DNA from: Candidatus Woesearchaeota archaeon
GTDB taxonomy: Archaea; Nanobdellota; Nanobdellia; Woesearchaeales; GW2011-AR9
Length of the DNA: 52,371 nucleotides
Direction: 5' to 3'
NCBI GenBank assembly: GCA_018657845.1
Contig: JABHWJ010000012.1
Location: 1-52,371, forward strand
This document shows, in pieces, positions 17,566 to 26,985 of the stretch. The notes beneath the pieces are model-generated. The model was given only the letters and a program-made list of their open reading frames with translations. It was not told the DNA's origin and searched no databases. The stretch's first letter is position 1; every line of letters starts with the position of its first letter. The translations under genes were made by a program, and so were the position numbers.

Positions 17566-19473
17566 ATGACAAATGAAAATAAAGATAAACCAAATGTTTC
17601 CGGTGCAACCATTGGAATTGATTTAGGTACTACTTTCTCTGCAGTAGCAGTTATGGAAGCAGGAAAACCAATTATTGTTTCCAATTCCGAAGGAACAAGA
17701 ACTACGCCCAGTGTAATTCACATTAAAGATGGCGAGACCACGGTTGGACAAATAGCAAGAAACCAAGCCATTATTGATCCCACAAATACAATTCGTTCTA
17801 TTAAAAGAAAGATGGGAACTAATGAAAAGATTGAAGTTGATGGAAAAGAGTATACTCCCGAACAGCTTTCTGCCATGGTTTTACAAAAACTAAAAAAAGA
17901 TGCAGAAGCTTATTTAGGACAACCAGTAAAAAACGCAATCATTACTGTTCCTGCATATTTTAATGATTCTCAAAGACAAGCAACCAAAAATGCTGGAGAA
18001 ATTGCCGGTTTAAATGTTCTTAGGATAATTAACGAACCTACTGCCGCTGCCCTCTCTTATGGGTTAGACAAACAAGATAAAACTCACACCATTTTAGTAT
18101 TTGATTTTGGTGGGGGAACTTTTGATGTTTCTATTCTTGAATTAGGAGACGGAATCTTCGAGGTTAAGTCTACTAATGGAGATAACTTGCTTGGTGGAGA
18201 TGACATTGATGAAATTATCATGGAGCACATTATGGATATTTTCAAGAAATCTACTGGGATAGATATTCATGGAGATCCTACCGCTATGCAGAGATTAAAA
18301 GAAGCTGCAGAAAAAGCAAAAATAGAATTATCCACAAAAACAAAAGCGGAAATTAGTATTCCTTTCATCACTGCAGATCAAAACGGACCTAAACACATTA
18401 AGGAAGAACTAACTAGAGCCCAATTCGAAGAATTAATATCTGATGTCCTCAAACGTTTAGAAACCCCAACTAAGAATGCCCTTAAGGACGCAGATCTTAG
18501 CATAGATCAAATTGATAAAGTTATCTTTGTTGGTGGATCAACTAGAATTCCTTCAGTTCAAGAGTTAATCAAAAGAATAACTGGCAAGGATGGAGATAAA
18601 TCCGTTAACCCCGATGAAGCAGTAGCTTTAGGTGCTGCTATTCAAGCAGGAGTTATCTCTGGTGATGTTAAAGATGTTCTTTTACTGGACGTCACTCCCT
18701 TAAGTTTAGGAATTGAAACCTTGGGAGGAGTATTCACTCAGTTAATTGAAAGGAACACCACCATTCCAACAAAAAAATCTCAGATCTTTTCTACTGCCGC
18801 AGACAATCAGACTGCTGTAACAATTAGAGTTGGACAAGGAGAAAGACCGATGTTTAATGACAACAAAGTCTTGGGCCAATTTGATTTGTTGGGAATTCCA
18901 CCTGCACCAAGAGGAGTCCCTCAAGTGGAAGTAACTTTTGACATTGACACTAATGGAATCGTTAACGTCTCTGCTAAAGATCTTGGTACTGGGAAACAAC
19001 AAGAAATTAAGATTACTGGTTCTGGTAACTTAAACAAAGACGAAGTTGAAAAGATGCGTCAAGAAGCCGAAAAAAATGCTGCCGAAGATGAGAAAAAGAG
19101 AGCGAAAGTAGACGCAGACAACAACGCCGATGCCGTAATCTTCCAAACTAAAAAAGCTCTAGAAGAATTCAAAGACAAAATTGAAGAAAAAACTAAAAAA
19201 GATATTGAAGGAAAGATCAAAGATCTCGAAGAAGCTAAAGTCTCTGGCAACCCTGAAGAGATCAACAAAAAGATTGAAGAACTCAATAAAGTTGTCCAAG
19301 AAATCGGAGCTAAGATGTACCAAGAAGCAGCAGCTCAACAGCAAGCAGAACAAGCTAAATCTGGAGACGCCAAAACTGAAAAGAATCCAGAAGATAAAGG
19401 AGCAAATGGCGAGAAAGTAGTTGATGCTGAGTTTACTGAGAAAAAGGAAGAAAAGAAAGAAAAGAAAGATTAA
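17566..19473 (+). CDS. dnaK: Molecular chaperone DnaK (Hsp70)
   Basis: [39 protein letters not shown] signatures. AGGAGG SD lies inside the grpE 3' end. Confidence 0.97.
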   Translation: MTNENKDKPNVSGATIGIDLGTTFSAVAVMEAGKPIIVSNSEGTRTTPSVIHIKDGETTVGQIARNQAIIDPTNTIRSIKRKMGTNEKIEVDGKEYTPEQLSAMVLQKLKKDAEAYLGQPVKNAIITVPAYFNDSQRQATKNAGEIAGLNVLRIINEPTAAALSYGLDKQDKTHTILVFDFGGGTFDVSILELGDGIFEVKSTNGDNLLGGDDIDEIIMEHIMDIFKKSTGIDIHGDPTAMQRLKEAAEKAKIELSTKTKAEISIPFITADQNGPKHIKEELTRAQFEELISDVLKRLETPTKNALKDADLSIDQIDKVIFVGGSTRIPSVQELIKRITGKDGDKSVNPDEAVALGAAIQAGVISGDVKDVLLLDVTPLSLGIETLGGVFTQLIERNTTIPTKKSQIFSTAADNQTAVTIRVGQGERPMFNDNKVLGQFDLLGIPPAPRGVPQVEVTFDIDTNGIVNVSAKDLGTGKQQEIKITGSGNLNKDEVEKMRQEAEKNAAEDEKKRAKVDADNNADAVIFQTKKALEEFKDKIEEKTKKDIEGKIKDLEEAKVSGNPEEINKKIEELNKVVQEIGAKMYQEAAAQQQAEQAKSGDAKTEKNPEDKGANGEKVVDAEFTEKKEEKKEKKD

Positions 19474-19500
19474 ATAATCTTTCTCTTTTTTATTTTTAAT

Positions 19501-20151
19501 ATGGACCTACCAACAGAAGAAGAGGTTGTACAATTACAGGAGTATTATCGTTTTCCTAATCATCTTTTAAACCATGTTAGGACTGTAAGGAAAGTTGTTC
19601 TATTCTTAGCTAAAGAGTTAAATAAAAAAGGAGAAAATTATAATTTAGAATTATTAAATGCCGCAGCAGAACTTCATGATATTGCTAAGCCTTTAACTTT
19701 TTCCAGGAGAAAACCAGGAGAAGCAGAAAAGTTTGGTTGGGACCCCATTCCTGAAGAAAGTTTCGATTTTTGGAAGGAAGAAAAGAATAAATTTCCCACA
19801 GATTATTCACACACTGATATGGGTGCCGAGATTCTAAAAGATTATCCCGAATTGGCTGAAGTTGTTGGTAATCATGCCATCAAGAATATACTTTATTCAG
19901 ATTTGAGTAAGGAAGCAATTCTATTAAACTATGCGGATAAAATTGCAATGAGAAAAGTTGTAACCTTAGAACAGAGATTTGCTTATCTTAAAGAAAGATA
20001 TGGCATACGTGAAGTCGAAAAAAAATATTTTGACAAATACAAAGACATTGAAAGAGAAATCTTTAATAAGCTTGACTTTCCCGCAGAAGAACTTGCTGAG
20101 AAAATAGAAAAAGAAAATCAAATAAAAAATCAAACAGAAAATGACCAATAA
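19501..20151 (+). CDS. HD-domain metal-dependent phosphohydrolase inserted between dnaK and dnaJ
   Basis: H...ELHDIAKP ... NHA pattern of the HD superfamily. Its 3' end overlaps dnaJ by 11 nt. Confidence 0.75.
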   Translation: MDLPTEEEVVQLQEYYRFPNHLLNHVRTVRKVVLFLAKELNKKGENYNLELLNAAAELHDIAKPLTFSRRKPGEAEKFGWDPIPEESFDFWKEEKNKFPTDYSHTDMGAEILKDYPELAEVVGNHAIKNILYSDLSKEAILLNYADKIAMRKVVTLEQRFAYLKERYGIREVEKKYFDKYKDIEREIFNKLDFPAEELAEKIEKENQIKNQTENDQ

Positions 20152-21262
20152 AGATTATTACCAAATTTTAGGTGTAGAGAAAAGTGCAACTAAAGAGGAA
20201 ATCAAAAAAGCCTTTAAGAAGCTTGCCCTAAAATATCATCCAGATCGAGCTCCTGAAGAAAAAAAGAAAGAGTATGAAGAAAAATTTAAGGAGTTCAACG
20301 AAGCCGTCTCTGTATTGGGAGATGAAAAGAAAAGACAACAGTATGATCAATTCGGGTCTGAATCATTCCAAGGTGGAATGGGGGGCGCTGGCCATCAAGG
20401 TTTTGACTTCTCAGATGTTATGTCTCAATTTCGTTCTGGGGCTTTCGGAAACTTCGATGATGTCTTTGACCAACTTTTTGGTGGAGGAGGAAATCGAAGG
20501 AGATCTCGAGCAACAAGAGGAGCAGATTTACTTTACGAACTAGAAATAACTCTGGAAGATGCTGCCCAAGGAATAGAGAAAACAATTCAATTAAATAAAC
20601 TTGAACACTGTTCTGAGTGCCATGGAAAAGGAGCTAAAACCTTTACTTCTTGCCACCATTGTCAAGGTTCTGGTTATGTAAAAAGAACTCAGAGAACCCC
20701 GTTCGGATTATTTCAACAAACTGGGCCCTGTCCTTATTGTCATAGCAAGGGAGAACTTCCCGAAGACTCTTGTAAAGATTGTGGAGGGGAAGGACTCGTC
20801 AGAAAAAGGAAAAAGTTAGAAGTTAACATCCCTGCAGGAGTAGATAATAATATGCGTCTTCGTGTCCAAGGAGAGGGAGAGGTTGGAACTAACAACGGCC
20901 CTGCCGGAGACTTATTTGTAGAAATTCACATCCCCACCCACAAATATTTTGAAAGAAGAGATAATGATCTTCACATCACTATTCCTATCTCGTTTACTCA
21001 AGCAGTTTTAGGTGATGAAATCGAAGTCCCCACAATTACTGGAAAAGCTACTTTGAAAATTCCTGAAGGAACGGATTCAGAAACCTTATTCAGGATGAAA
21101 AACCAAGGCCTTCCTTACCTCAATCATGTAGGTAATGGAGATCAATTTGTTAAGGTTCAAATTGAAGTTCCTAAGAAGATCACCAAGAAAATCAAAGACA
21201 CTCTGAAACAACTCAAAGAAAGTAAACCCAATAAGAGTTTTCTTAAGAAAATCTTTAGTTAG
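20141..21262 (+). CDS. dnaJ: Co-chaperone DnaJ (Hsp40, type I)
   Basis: J domain DYYQILGV...YHPDR, G/F region, four CxxCxGxG-like repeats (CSECHGKG, CHHCQGSG, CPYCHSKG, CKDCGGEG). Confidence 0.95.
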   Translation: MTNKDYYQILGVEKSATKEEIKKAFKKLALKYHPDRAPEEKKKEYEEKFKEFNEAVSVLGDEKKRQQYDQFGSESFQGGMGGAGHQGFDFSDVMSQFRSGAFGNFDDVFDQLFGGGGNRRRSRATRGADLLYELEITLEDAAQGIEKTIQLNKLEHCSECHGKGAKTFTSCHHCQGSGYVKRTQRTPFGLFQQTGPCPYCHSKGELPEDSCKDCGGEGLVRKRKKLEVNIPAGVDNNMRLRVQGEGEVGTNNGPAGDLFVEIHIPTHKYFERRDNDLHITIPISFTQAVLGDEIEVPTITGKATLKIPEGTDSETLFRMKNQGLPYLNHVGNGDQFVKVQIEVPKKITKKIKDTLKQLKESKPNKSFLKKIFS

Positions 21263-21347
21263 TAAATCACCAAAACTTTAATAAACATAAACAATCCATT
21301 AAACCAACAGAGAACAAAAGTCTATCACCAATCTGGTATGGCACTAA

Positions 21348-21404
21348 GCTTACGAAGTAAGCGCATGTGGCATCTCTTTGGATGGTAGCCTTTGTAAAGG
21401 CTAC
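21348..21404 (+). promoter_or_regulatory. Two stem-loops in a long (about 95 nt) 5' leader; the second abuts the start codon
   Basis: GCTTAC-GAA-GTAAGC (21348-21362) and GTAGCCTT-TGTA-AAGGCTAC (21385-21404). The putative TATA CTTTAATAAA is at 21276-21285. Confidence 0.35.
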
Positions 21405-21752
21405 ATGGCAAAACCAAAATTCAAACAACGTTGTGCACTTTGTAAAAAAAATATGGTGGTTATTTATTCATTCCGCCAATTCCCAATTTGTACAGAATGC
21501 CAGATGAAAAGAATAGACAAACCAATTAAAGATCCAAAATACAAGAAACTTTTAGATATTCCTCAAAAATTATACGAAGAATCTCAGTTTTTAAGAAATA
21601 TTAAAGAAGCATACCTAAGATTTGACAACTTAACCGCGAATCAAGTTGCCGCTTTCAAAAAAGTTGTTAAAGAATTAAAAGAAAAACCCAAAGAAACAGT
21701 AGAACCAGCAGAAACAGAGAAAAAAGAGAAAAAAGAAAAATCCACTTCTTAA
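21405..21752 (+). CDS. Hypothetical zinc-ribbon protein with a K/E-rich tail
   Basis: CALCKK...CTECQ. ATG at 21405 preferred over the track's TTG at 21378. Confidence 0.5.
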   Translation: MAKPKFKQRCALCKKNMVVIYSFRQFPICTECQMKRIDKPIKDPKYKKLLDIPQKLYEESQFLRNIKEAYLRFDNLTANQVAAFKKVVKELKEKPKETVEPAETEKKEKKEKSTS

Positions 21753-21854
21753 AAATTTCAAAATCAACTATTTCTAATATATTATTAATATATACTCAAA
21801 ACCCTGTTTTCAAGTTCCCAAAAGAATATTAATCTCCCTTACCTTCCATTAACC

Positions 21855-22553
21855 ATGCCTATCAAAGCAAAAGATTATTTTGTTCAAGAAAGAGTTTTAT
21901 CAATGCCTGCAAAGGAATATCTCCCAAAACACAAAAAAACAGAAATTAAACAAGCAGAACTTAGGCAAGTAGAAATCTATCAAAACATTTCAGATGGGAT
22001 TTGGAACTTACCTGTAAGTATATTGAGGGCAACTAAAGGATTTCAAGGAAAAGGATTTCACCTAGAATTGTTAAGTATTGGCCCAAAACAAAGTTTAAAC
22101 CCAATATCTAGATTTTATGATTCTTTAAAAGAAGAAGGATTTTTCGAACCCACCTCAACACCTAGTTATGCTGCAGGATTTTCAGATTATTATAATCCTG
22201 GTTTTCAATTAAATTTAATGTGTTCTTCTTCCAGCGAACATAGTCAAGAAAGCCATAATTTATTTTTAGATAAGGGTATGGGGAAGACATTATCTGAGCC
22301 CAGTTTAAGTGAAAAACTTGATAATTTGGTTGGATTTGACCTAAAATCTGAAGATTTTCCTCGTTTTTCATTGATGTTTTCACCAGAAAACAAAAAACCA
22401 GTTCTTGAATTAATTGTTCCCAATTCAATGATTTCTCAGCACAAGTCTTTATTTCTGGATAAAACAAGCATCCTGATTGAACAAACCATTTTACCTCTTG
22501 CCCAGGTGGATTATGCGGGTTACAGGAACGCTTTAGAAAGAATTCTTTCATGA
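21855..22553 (+). CDS. Hypothetical protein (232 aa)
   Basis: Clean ORF; no recognisable motif. Confidence 0.5.
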   Translation: MPIKAKDYFVQERVLSMPAKEYLPKHKKTEIKQAELRQVEIYQNISDGIWNLPVSILRATKGFQGKGFHLELLSIGPKQSLNPISRFYDSLKEEGFFEPTSTPSYAAGFSDYYNPGFQLNLMCSSSSEHSQESHNLFLDKGMGKTLSEPSLSEKLDNLVGFDLKSEDFPRFSLMFSPENKKPVLELIVPNSMISQHKSLFLDKTSILIEQTILPLAQVDYAGYRNALERILS

Positions 22554-22583
22554 TTATTCCACAATTCTCTATTTTTAGAAACC

Positions 22584-22646
22584 TTTATAAACAACCCCCG
22601 CTCCCAAGCACTAAACCGTCAAGACTACCTAAGGTAGGAGGTCAAT
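22584..22646 (+). promoter_or_regulatory. rpl1 operon promoter (TTTATAAA at 22584-22591) and short GC-enriched leader with a hairpin touching the SD
   Basis: CTACC-TAA-GGTAG (22625-22637) runs into GGAGGT (22637-22642), 5 nt before the ATG. Confidence 0.4.
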
Positions 22647-23285
22647 ATGATTACCAAAGAACAAGTTCAAAAAGCAATCGAACAACTGAAACAAAATCCT
22701 AAGCGCAAGTTTTCTCAGTCTTATGATCTTATTATTAACTTAAAGAACATTTCCATTAAACAAAATCCTCTTGATTTCTTTACAACCATTCCTTATCCTA
22801 AGAAGCAGGTTAAAATCGCTGCTTTTGTTGGTATAGAACTTTCTTCTCAGGCAGAAAAATCTTGTGATTTAGTAATTCAAGAAACAGATTTTTCAAAATA
22901 TCAAGATAAAAAAGTTTCTAAAAAGTTAGCAGAAGAATACGATTATTTTATTGCTCAAGCAAATCTTATGCCTAAGGTAGCACAAAATTTTGGTAAATCT
23001 CTAGGAATAAAAGGAAAAATGCCTAACCCTAAATTGGGATGTGTTATTCCTCCAAATGCAAATATAAGTGATTTAGCCAAAAGGCTCCATTCTACTATTC
23101 GTTTAGTAGCTAAGAAAGCAACCAATCTTCAATGTCTTGTGGGAAAAGAAGACCAACCAGATGAAGAAGTCATTGACAATATAATTGCGGCATACAATGC
23201 TACTCTCAAACAAGTACCAAATGAAATTCAAAATATCAAAAACGTTCAATTAAAACTTACTATGAGTAAACCTGTAAATTTATAA
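22647..23285 (+). CDS. rpl1: 50S ribosomal protein L1
   Basis: RKFSQSYDLIINLK ... and the conserved rpl1-P0-rpl12 order. Confidence 0.92.
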   Translation: MITKEQVQKAIEQLKQNPKRKFSQSYDLIINLKNISIKQNPLDFFTTIPYPKKQVKIAAFVGIELSSQAEKSCDLVIQETDFSKYQDKKVSKKLAEEYDYFIAQANLMPKVAQNFGKSLGIKGKMPNPKLGCVIPPNANISDLAKRLHSTIRLVAKKATNLQCLVGKEDQPDEEVIDNIIAAYNATLKQVPNEIQNIKNVQLKLTMSKPVNL

Positions 23286-23286
23286 A

Positions 23287-24756
23287 ATGGTCTCTGAAGT
23301 AAAGAAAAAACTTGTACAAGAAATTACCAAGAAGATTAAAGAATATCCAGTAGTTGGTCTTGTCAACATGGAAAATCTTCCAGCTAAACAGCTTCAGATT
23401 ATGAGGGCTATTTTAGGCAAAAAAAATATTCTTATTGACATGGCTAGAAAGAAGCTACTTCAACTAGCTCTTAAAGAATCCAAACAAGAAAATATGGACC
23501 AGTTAACTGAGAAAATTAAAGGCATGCCTGCATTATTGTTTTCTAAAGAAAATCCATTTACTCTTTATTCTATCCTTCAAAAAAATAAATCTCCCGCACC
23601 AGCAAAAGCTAATCAAGAAGCTCCAAAGGACATTGTAGTTTCTGCTGGACCTACTACTTTTGCTCCAGGACCAATTATTTCGGAATTAGCTGAAGTAGGA
23701 ATTAAAACAAAAGTAGATAATGGAAAATTAGCTATCATTGATGATACTACTGTCGCTAAAGAAGGAGATCTTATTTCCACCAAACTTGCTGGAATTTTAA
23801 CCAGACTTAATATCCAACCAATGGAAATCGGTTTAAATATTGTTGCAGTTTGGGAAGGGGGATCAATTTTCACTCCTAAACATCTTCATATTGATAAAGA
23901 AGAATATCTTAATAATATTACTCAGGCTGCTCAGTGGGCTTTCAATCTATCTGTTGAATCAGCTTACCCAACTAAAGATAACATTGGACCACTATTACAA
24001 AAAGTATTCCAAGAATCTAAATCACTTTCATTAGAACATAATATCTTAACTGATTTAACTGCTGAAGAAATTTTGGAAAAAATAGAAAGAGAAGCTATTT
24101 CCCTAAAAGAAACTGCTAACGTCGAAGTAACAGAGAAACCAAAAGAAAAGCCAGCAGAAGAGAAACCAGAAGAAAAAGAACAACCTAAGGCAGAAGAACC
24201 TGTAGAAGAACCTAAGGTTGAAGAAAAACCTCAAGAAGAGCCTGCCGAAGAGAAACCAGCAGAAGAAAAAGAAGAACCCAAGGAAGAAAAGCAGGAAGAG
24301 AAAACTGAAGAACAACCTGAAGAAGCTGAAACTCCTGCTGAAGAAGAGAAACCAGCTGAAGAAAAACCAGCAGAAGAACCTAAGGTTGAAGAAAAACCTC
24401 AAGAAGAGCCTGTTGAAGAACCAGTTGAAGAAGAACCAGTAGAAGAGAAGAAAGAGCAACCAGAAGAAGCCCCTGCTGAAGAGAAACCAGAAGAAAAACC
24501 AGCAGAGAAAGAAGAACCTAAAGAAGCAATCCCTTCTGCGGAAGAAATGATCAAGGCTACTCAGGAAAAGTTTGCTCCTAAGGAAGAACCCAAAGAAGAA
24601 AGAAAAGAAGAGCCACAAGAAGTCCCTTCTGCAGCTGACCTTATAGCCGAAGAAAAAGAAACTGCAGAAAAAGAAAAGCCATCTCAAGAAATAGAAGAAG
24701 CCGAACAGCTTTTTGATAAGTTAAAAAAAGAAGGAACCTTGAGAAAGGAAAACTAA
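23287..24756 (+). CDS. rplP0: Ribosomal stalk protein P0 (L10), with an unusually long P/E/K-rich C-terminal extension
   Basis: The N-terminal ~275 aa are typical archaeal P0. From about 24110 onward, more than 200 aa are EEKPAEE / [11 protein letters not shown]-type low complexity. Confidence 0.9.
   Translation: MVSEVKKKLVQEITKKIKEYPVVGLVNMENLPAKQLQIMRAILGKKNILIDMARKKLLQLALKESKQENMDQLTEKIKGMPALLFSKENPFTLYSILQKNKSPAPAKANQEAPKDIVVSAGPTTFAPGPIISELAEVGIKTKVDNGKLAIIDDTTVAKEGDLISTKLAGILTRLNIQPMEIGLNIVAVWEGGSIFTPKHLHIDKEEYLNNITQAAQWAFNLSVESAYPTKDNIGPLLQKVFQESKSLSLEHNILTDLTAEEILEKIEREAISLKETANVEVTEKPKEKPAEEKPEEKEQPKAEEPVEEPKVEEKPQEEPAEEKPAEEKEEPKEEKQEEKTEEQPEEAETPAEEEKPAEEKPAEEPKVEEKPQEEPVEEPVEEEPVEEKKEQPEEAPAEEKPEEKPAEKEEPKEAIPSAEEMIKATQEKFAPKEEPKEERKEEPQEVPSAADLIAEEKETAEKEKPSQEIEEAEQLFDKLKKEGTLRKEN
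24205..24412 (+). repeat. Exact 40-nt direct repeat, 168 nt (56 codons) apart, inside the P0 extension
   Basis: gaagaacctaaggttgaagaaaaacctcaagaagagcctg occurs at 24205-24244 and again at 24373-24412. Confidence 0.85.
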
Positions 24757-24787
24757 TAACACTCACAAATTCAATGGAGGAATCAAA

Positions 24788-25105
24788 ATGGAATATATAT
24801 ATGCTGCAATGCTTTTACACAAAGCAGGAAAAGAAATAAACGAAGATACTGTTAAAAAAGTATTAATCGGAGCTGGTGTCGAAGTTGACGAAGCCCGTGT
24901 TAAAGCTTTAATAGCTGCCCTTGAAGGTGTTGATATTGAAGAAGCCATCAAGAAAGCTGCTGTTGCTGCTCCAGTTGCTGCTGCACCCGCTGCTGCAGAA
25001 GGTGGAGATTCTAAAGCCGAAGAGAAGAAAGAAGAAAAATCTGCAGAAGAAGAAAAGAAAGCTGAAGAGTCAGCTGCTGCTGGTTTAGGCGCTTTATTCG
25101 GCTAA
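24788..25105 (+). CDS. rpl12: Ribosomal stalk protein P1 (L12)
   Basis: [20 protein letters not shown]-terminus, Ala/Glu hinge, canonical tail ...[17 protein letters not shown]. Confidence 0.9.
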   Translation: MEYIYAAMLLHKAGKEINEDTVKKVLIGAGVEVDEARVKALIAALEGVDIEEAIKKAAVAAPVAAAPAAAEGGDSKAEEKKEEKSAEEEKKAEESAAAGLGALFG

Positions 25106-25160
25106 ATAGTTTAAAATTTTTTGCCTTTTTTTATATTTATATTGGCAACACCACATTCCT

Positions 25161-26018
25161 ATGGAAGAAAATATTAATGAATTGCGAAAAGAATTTCAGC
25201 AAACGAAAAGAGACGTTTCTAGGTTGAGGTCTAACCTCAGCAAACTTAGTCAAGATAACAGAAAGATTTCTCTAGAATCTAAAGAGATCCGTTCTAAACT
25301 TTCTTCTAACAATCAACAGATTAAAAGATTAAAGAAAGAACGTGATGATTTCACTAAAAAAGTAAAAGAAACAAAAGAAAAAAGAGATAAATTAAACAAA
25401 GAAGTAAGGGAAAAGTCTTCAGATAAGAAAGAAATTGACCAAAAAAAGAAAGATCTTTTCGATAAGCTCGACGTCAAAGAAGATCCACGCCAGCTTAAAT
25501 CCCAAATAGAAAAATTAGAAACAAAAATAGAAACTGAACCTATGGGTTTTGAAAAAGAGAAACAAATAACTAAGCAAATCAAAGAATTAAAGAAAACTTA
25601 CAAGAAAATAGAAGCCGTGGGGGACGCATGGAAAGAAATAAATAATGCTTCCAAATTACTTTCTTCTTCTAGGAAGGCAGCAGAATCTGTTCATAAAGAA
25701 GTCCAAGATTTTGCTCGCCAATCCCAAGAAAAACACGAAGAGATGAAAGTCTTACTAAAAGAAAACAAATCTCTTAAAGAAAAAGAACAACCTTTTGCAG
25801 AAAAACTTCTTGAAATAAAAATAGAATTTGAGAAAGTAAAAAAAGAGTTAGATAAAAGTATTGAAAGATTCACTGAGTTAGGTAAGCATTTCACGAATGA
25901 AGAAGAAAAATCTTTCAAAGATAAAGTTAGAGAAAAAACCAAAGAAGTAAAAGAAAAAATGAAGAAAGGAAAAAAATTAAGCACAGAGGATATTCTTGCC
26001 TTTCAAGCTTCTAAATAA
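25161..26018 (+). CDS. Archaeal coiled-coil protein (COG1340-like)
   Basis: 285 aa, almost entirely K/E heptad-like sequence. Leaderless ATG about 24 nt from the TTATATTTATATT box. Confidence 0.55.
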   Translation: MEENINELRKEFQQTKRDVSRLRSNLSKLSQDNRKISLESKEIRSKLSSNNQQIKRLKKERDDFTKKVKETKEKRDKLNKEVREKSSDKKEIDQKKKDLFDKLDVKEDPRQLKSQIEKLETKIETEPMGFEKEKQITKQIKELKKTYKKIEAVGDAWKEINNASKLLSSSRKAAESVHKEVQDFARQSQEKHEEMKVLLKENKSLKEKEQPFAEKLLEIKIEFEKVKKELDKSIERFTELGKHFTNEEEKSFKDKVREKTKEVKEKMKKGKKLSTEDILAFQASK

Positions 26019-26040
26019 TTATCATCTTTTTAACTAAGTT

Positions 26041-26577
26041 CTAAATATTTTCTAACAAGTCACTTTTACTTATTAATCCTTTAATCTCTCCTTTCTTCCC
26101 TACTAAGACCAATGGAAAAACCCGTAGAAGATCCATCACAACTTTTTTAGGAGTTTCTAATGAAACAATGGGCGGAACTTCTTTCATAATTTCTTTAACC
26201 TCTTTTCTCGCCAAATTTTCACTCCAATTATTTAAAATCACACTTTCAGAGATTAAACCCACTACTTGGTTCTTATTCCCAATAGGGATTTGTGAGATGC
26301 CATATTTTTTCATTTTCTTAATCACTAATAATATTTTTTCTTCTTCACCAATATAAATAATTTTTTTATTCATTAAATCCTTGGCTTGTAATTCTTCTTT
26401 CTCTTCTGCCTTATTCAAAACTTCCAGGATCCTTTTTGCCTTGCTATATGTGGGTTCTATTTTTCCAGACTCTAACTTGGCTATAAAACTCTGTGAAACC
26501 TCGGCCCGTTCTGCCAACTCTTTTTGGCCCCATCCCAATTTCTTTCTCAATAGTTTAATTTGTTTTAATTCTTCCAT
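26041..26577 (-). CDS. Transcriptional regulator with an N-terminal XRE/Cro-type HTH and a C-terminal CBS pair
   Basis: LRKKLGWGQKELAERAEVSQSFIAKLESGK (HTH_3), then two CBS-like repeats (...GISQIPIGNKNQVVGLISES..., ...VFPLVLVGKKGEIKGLISKSDLL). Confidence 0.8.
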   Translation of the reverse strand: MEELKQIKLLRKKLGWGQKELAERAEVSQSFIAKLESGKIEPTYSKAKRILEVLNKAEEKEELQAKDLMNKKIIYIGEEEKILLVIKKMKKYGISQIPIGNKNQVVGLISESVILNNWSENLARKEVKEIMKEVPPIVSLETPKKVVMDLLRVFPLVLVGKKGEIKGLISKSDLLENI

Positions 26578-26609
26578 GTTACTACTCTAATAATATAACT
26601 ATTATATAA

Positions 26610-26627
26610 ATATTCCTATAGGAATAT
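26610..26627. promoter_or_regulatory. Perfect 18-bp palindrome ATATTCCTATAGGAATAT between divergent promoters (candidate operator)
   Basis: Read directly. It abuts the regulator's TATA (26601-26610) and lies about 15 nt upstream of the TTTATATTA box (26642-26650) of the metK operon. Confidence 0.5.
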
Positions 26628-26709
26628 ATCTTTCAAAAGAATTTATATTAAACTATTCCAAACTAAGCAGAATCTAACAAAATAAATAATCACTTGAGGT
26701 GTTAAAAAA

Positions 26710-26970
26710 ATGAGTAATACATATTTAAAACAAGCATTGGCCGAACCAAATATTGCCAAGAGAGTAAATCCTGGACTAAGTGGTGCAACTTTCATTGATA
26801 ATGTAATTGGTGCCGTCGAAAGAGAGATCTTCCACCAAGGAACAAGAAGTGAACTGGGAGCATTATATGATGGATTAAAATTAGAATACCCTGCCCACTT
26901 TAGTAATGATAAAAGAGTTCAATCAACAAAAGAAAAAAAACATGGCTATAAAGCAAGAAATGGTTTTTAA
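26710..26970 (+). CDS. Hypothetical 86-aa protein, first gene of the metK operon
   Basis: GAGGTG SD 10 nt upstream. Its stop is 15 nt before metK, which has its own GGAGG. Confidence 0.45.
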   Translation: MSNTYLKQALAEPNIAKRVNPGLSGATFIDNVIGAVEREIFHQGTRSELGALYDGLKLEYPAHFSNDKRVQSTKEKKHGYKARNGF

Positions 26971-26985
26971 TGGAGGAAAAATAAA

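Noticed and set aside
21378-21404. TTG start giving a 9-residue N-terminal extension (MDGSLCKGY) to the zinc-ribbon protein
   Set aside because: The ATG at 21405 begins a typical MAKPK... N-terminus, and the upstream 27 nt form a perfect hairpin. An alternative start cannot be excluded (see the corresponding finding).
24103-24687. 194-aa F/L/W-rich ORF on the minus strand
   Set aside because: It is the antisense shadow of the GAA/AAA/CCA-rich P0 extension. The composition is implausible for a real protein, and it lies wholly inside a well-supported gene.
24110-24700. Repetitive region considered as a CRISPR array or non-coding tandem repeat
   Set aside because: The repeats are irregular, in frame and continuous with the P0 ORF. 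There is no repeat-spacer periodicity.
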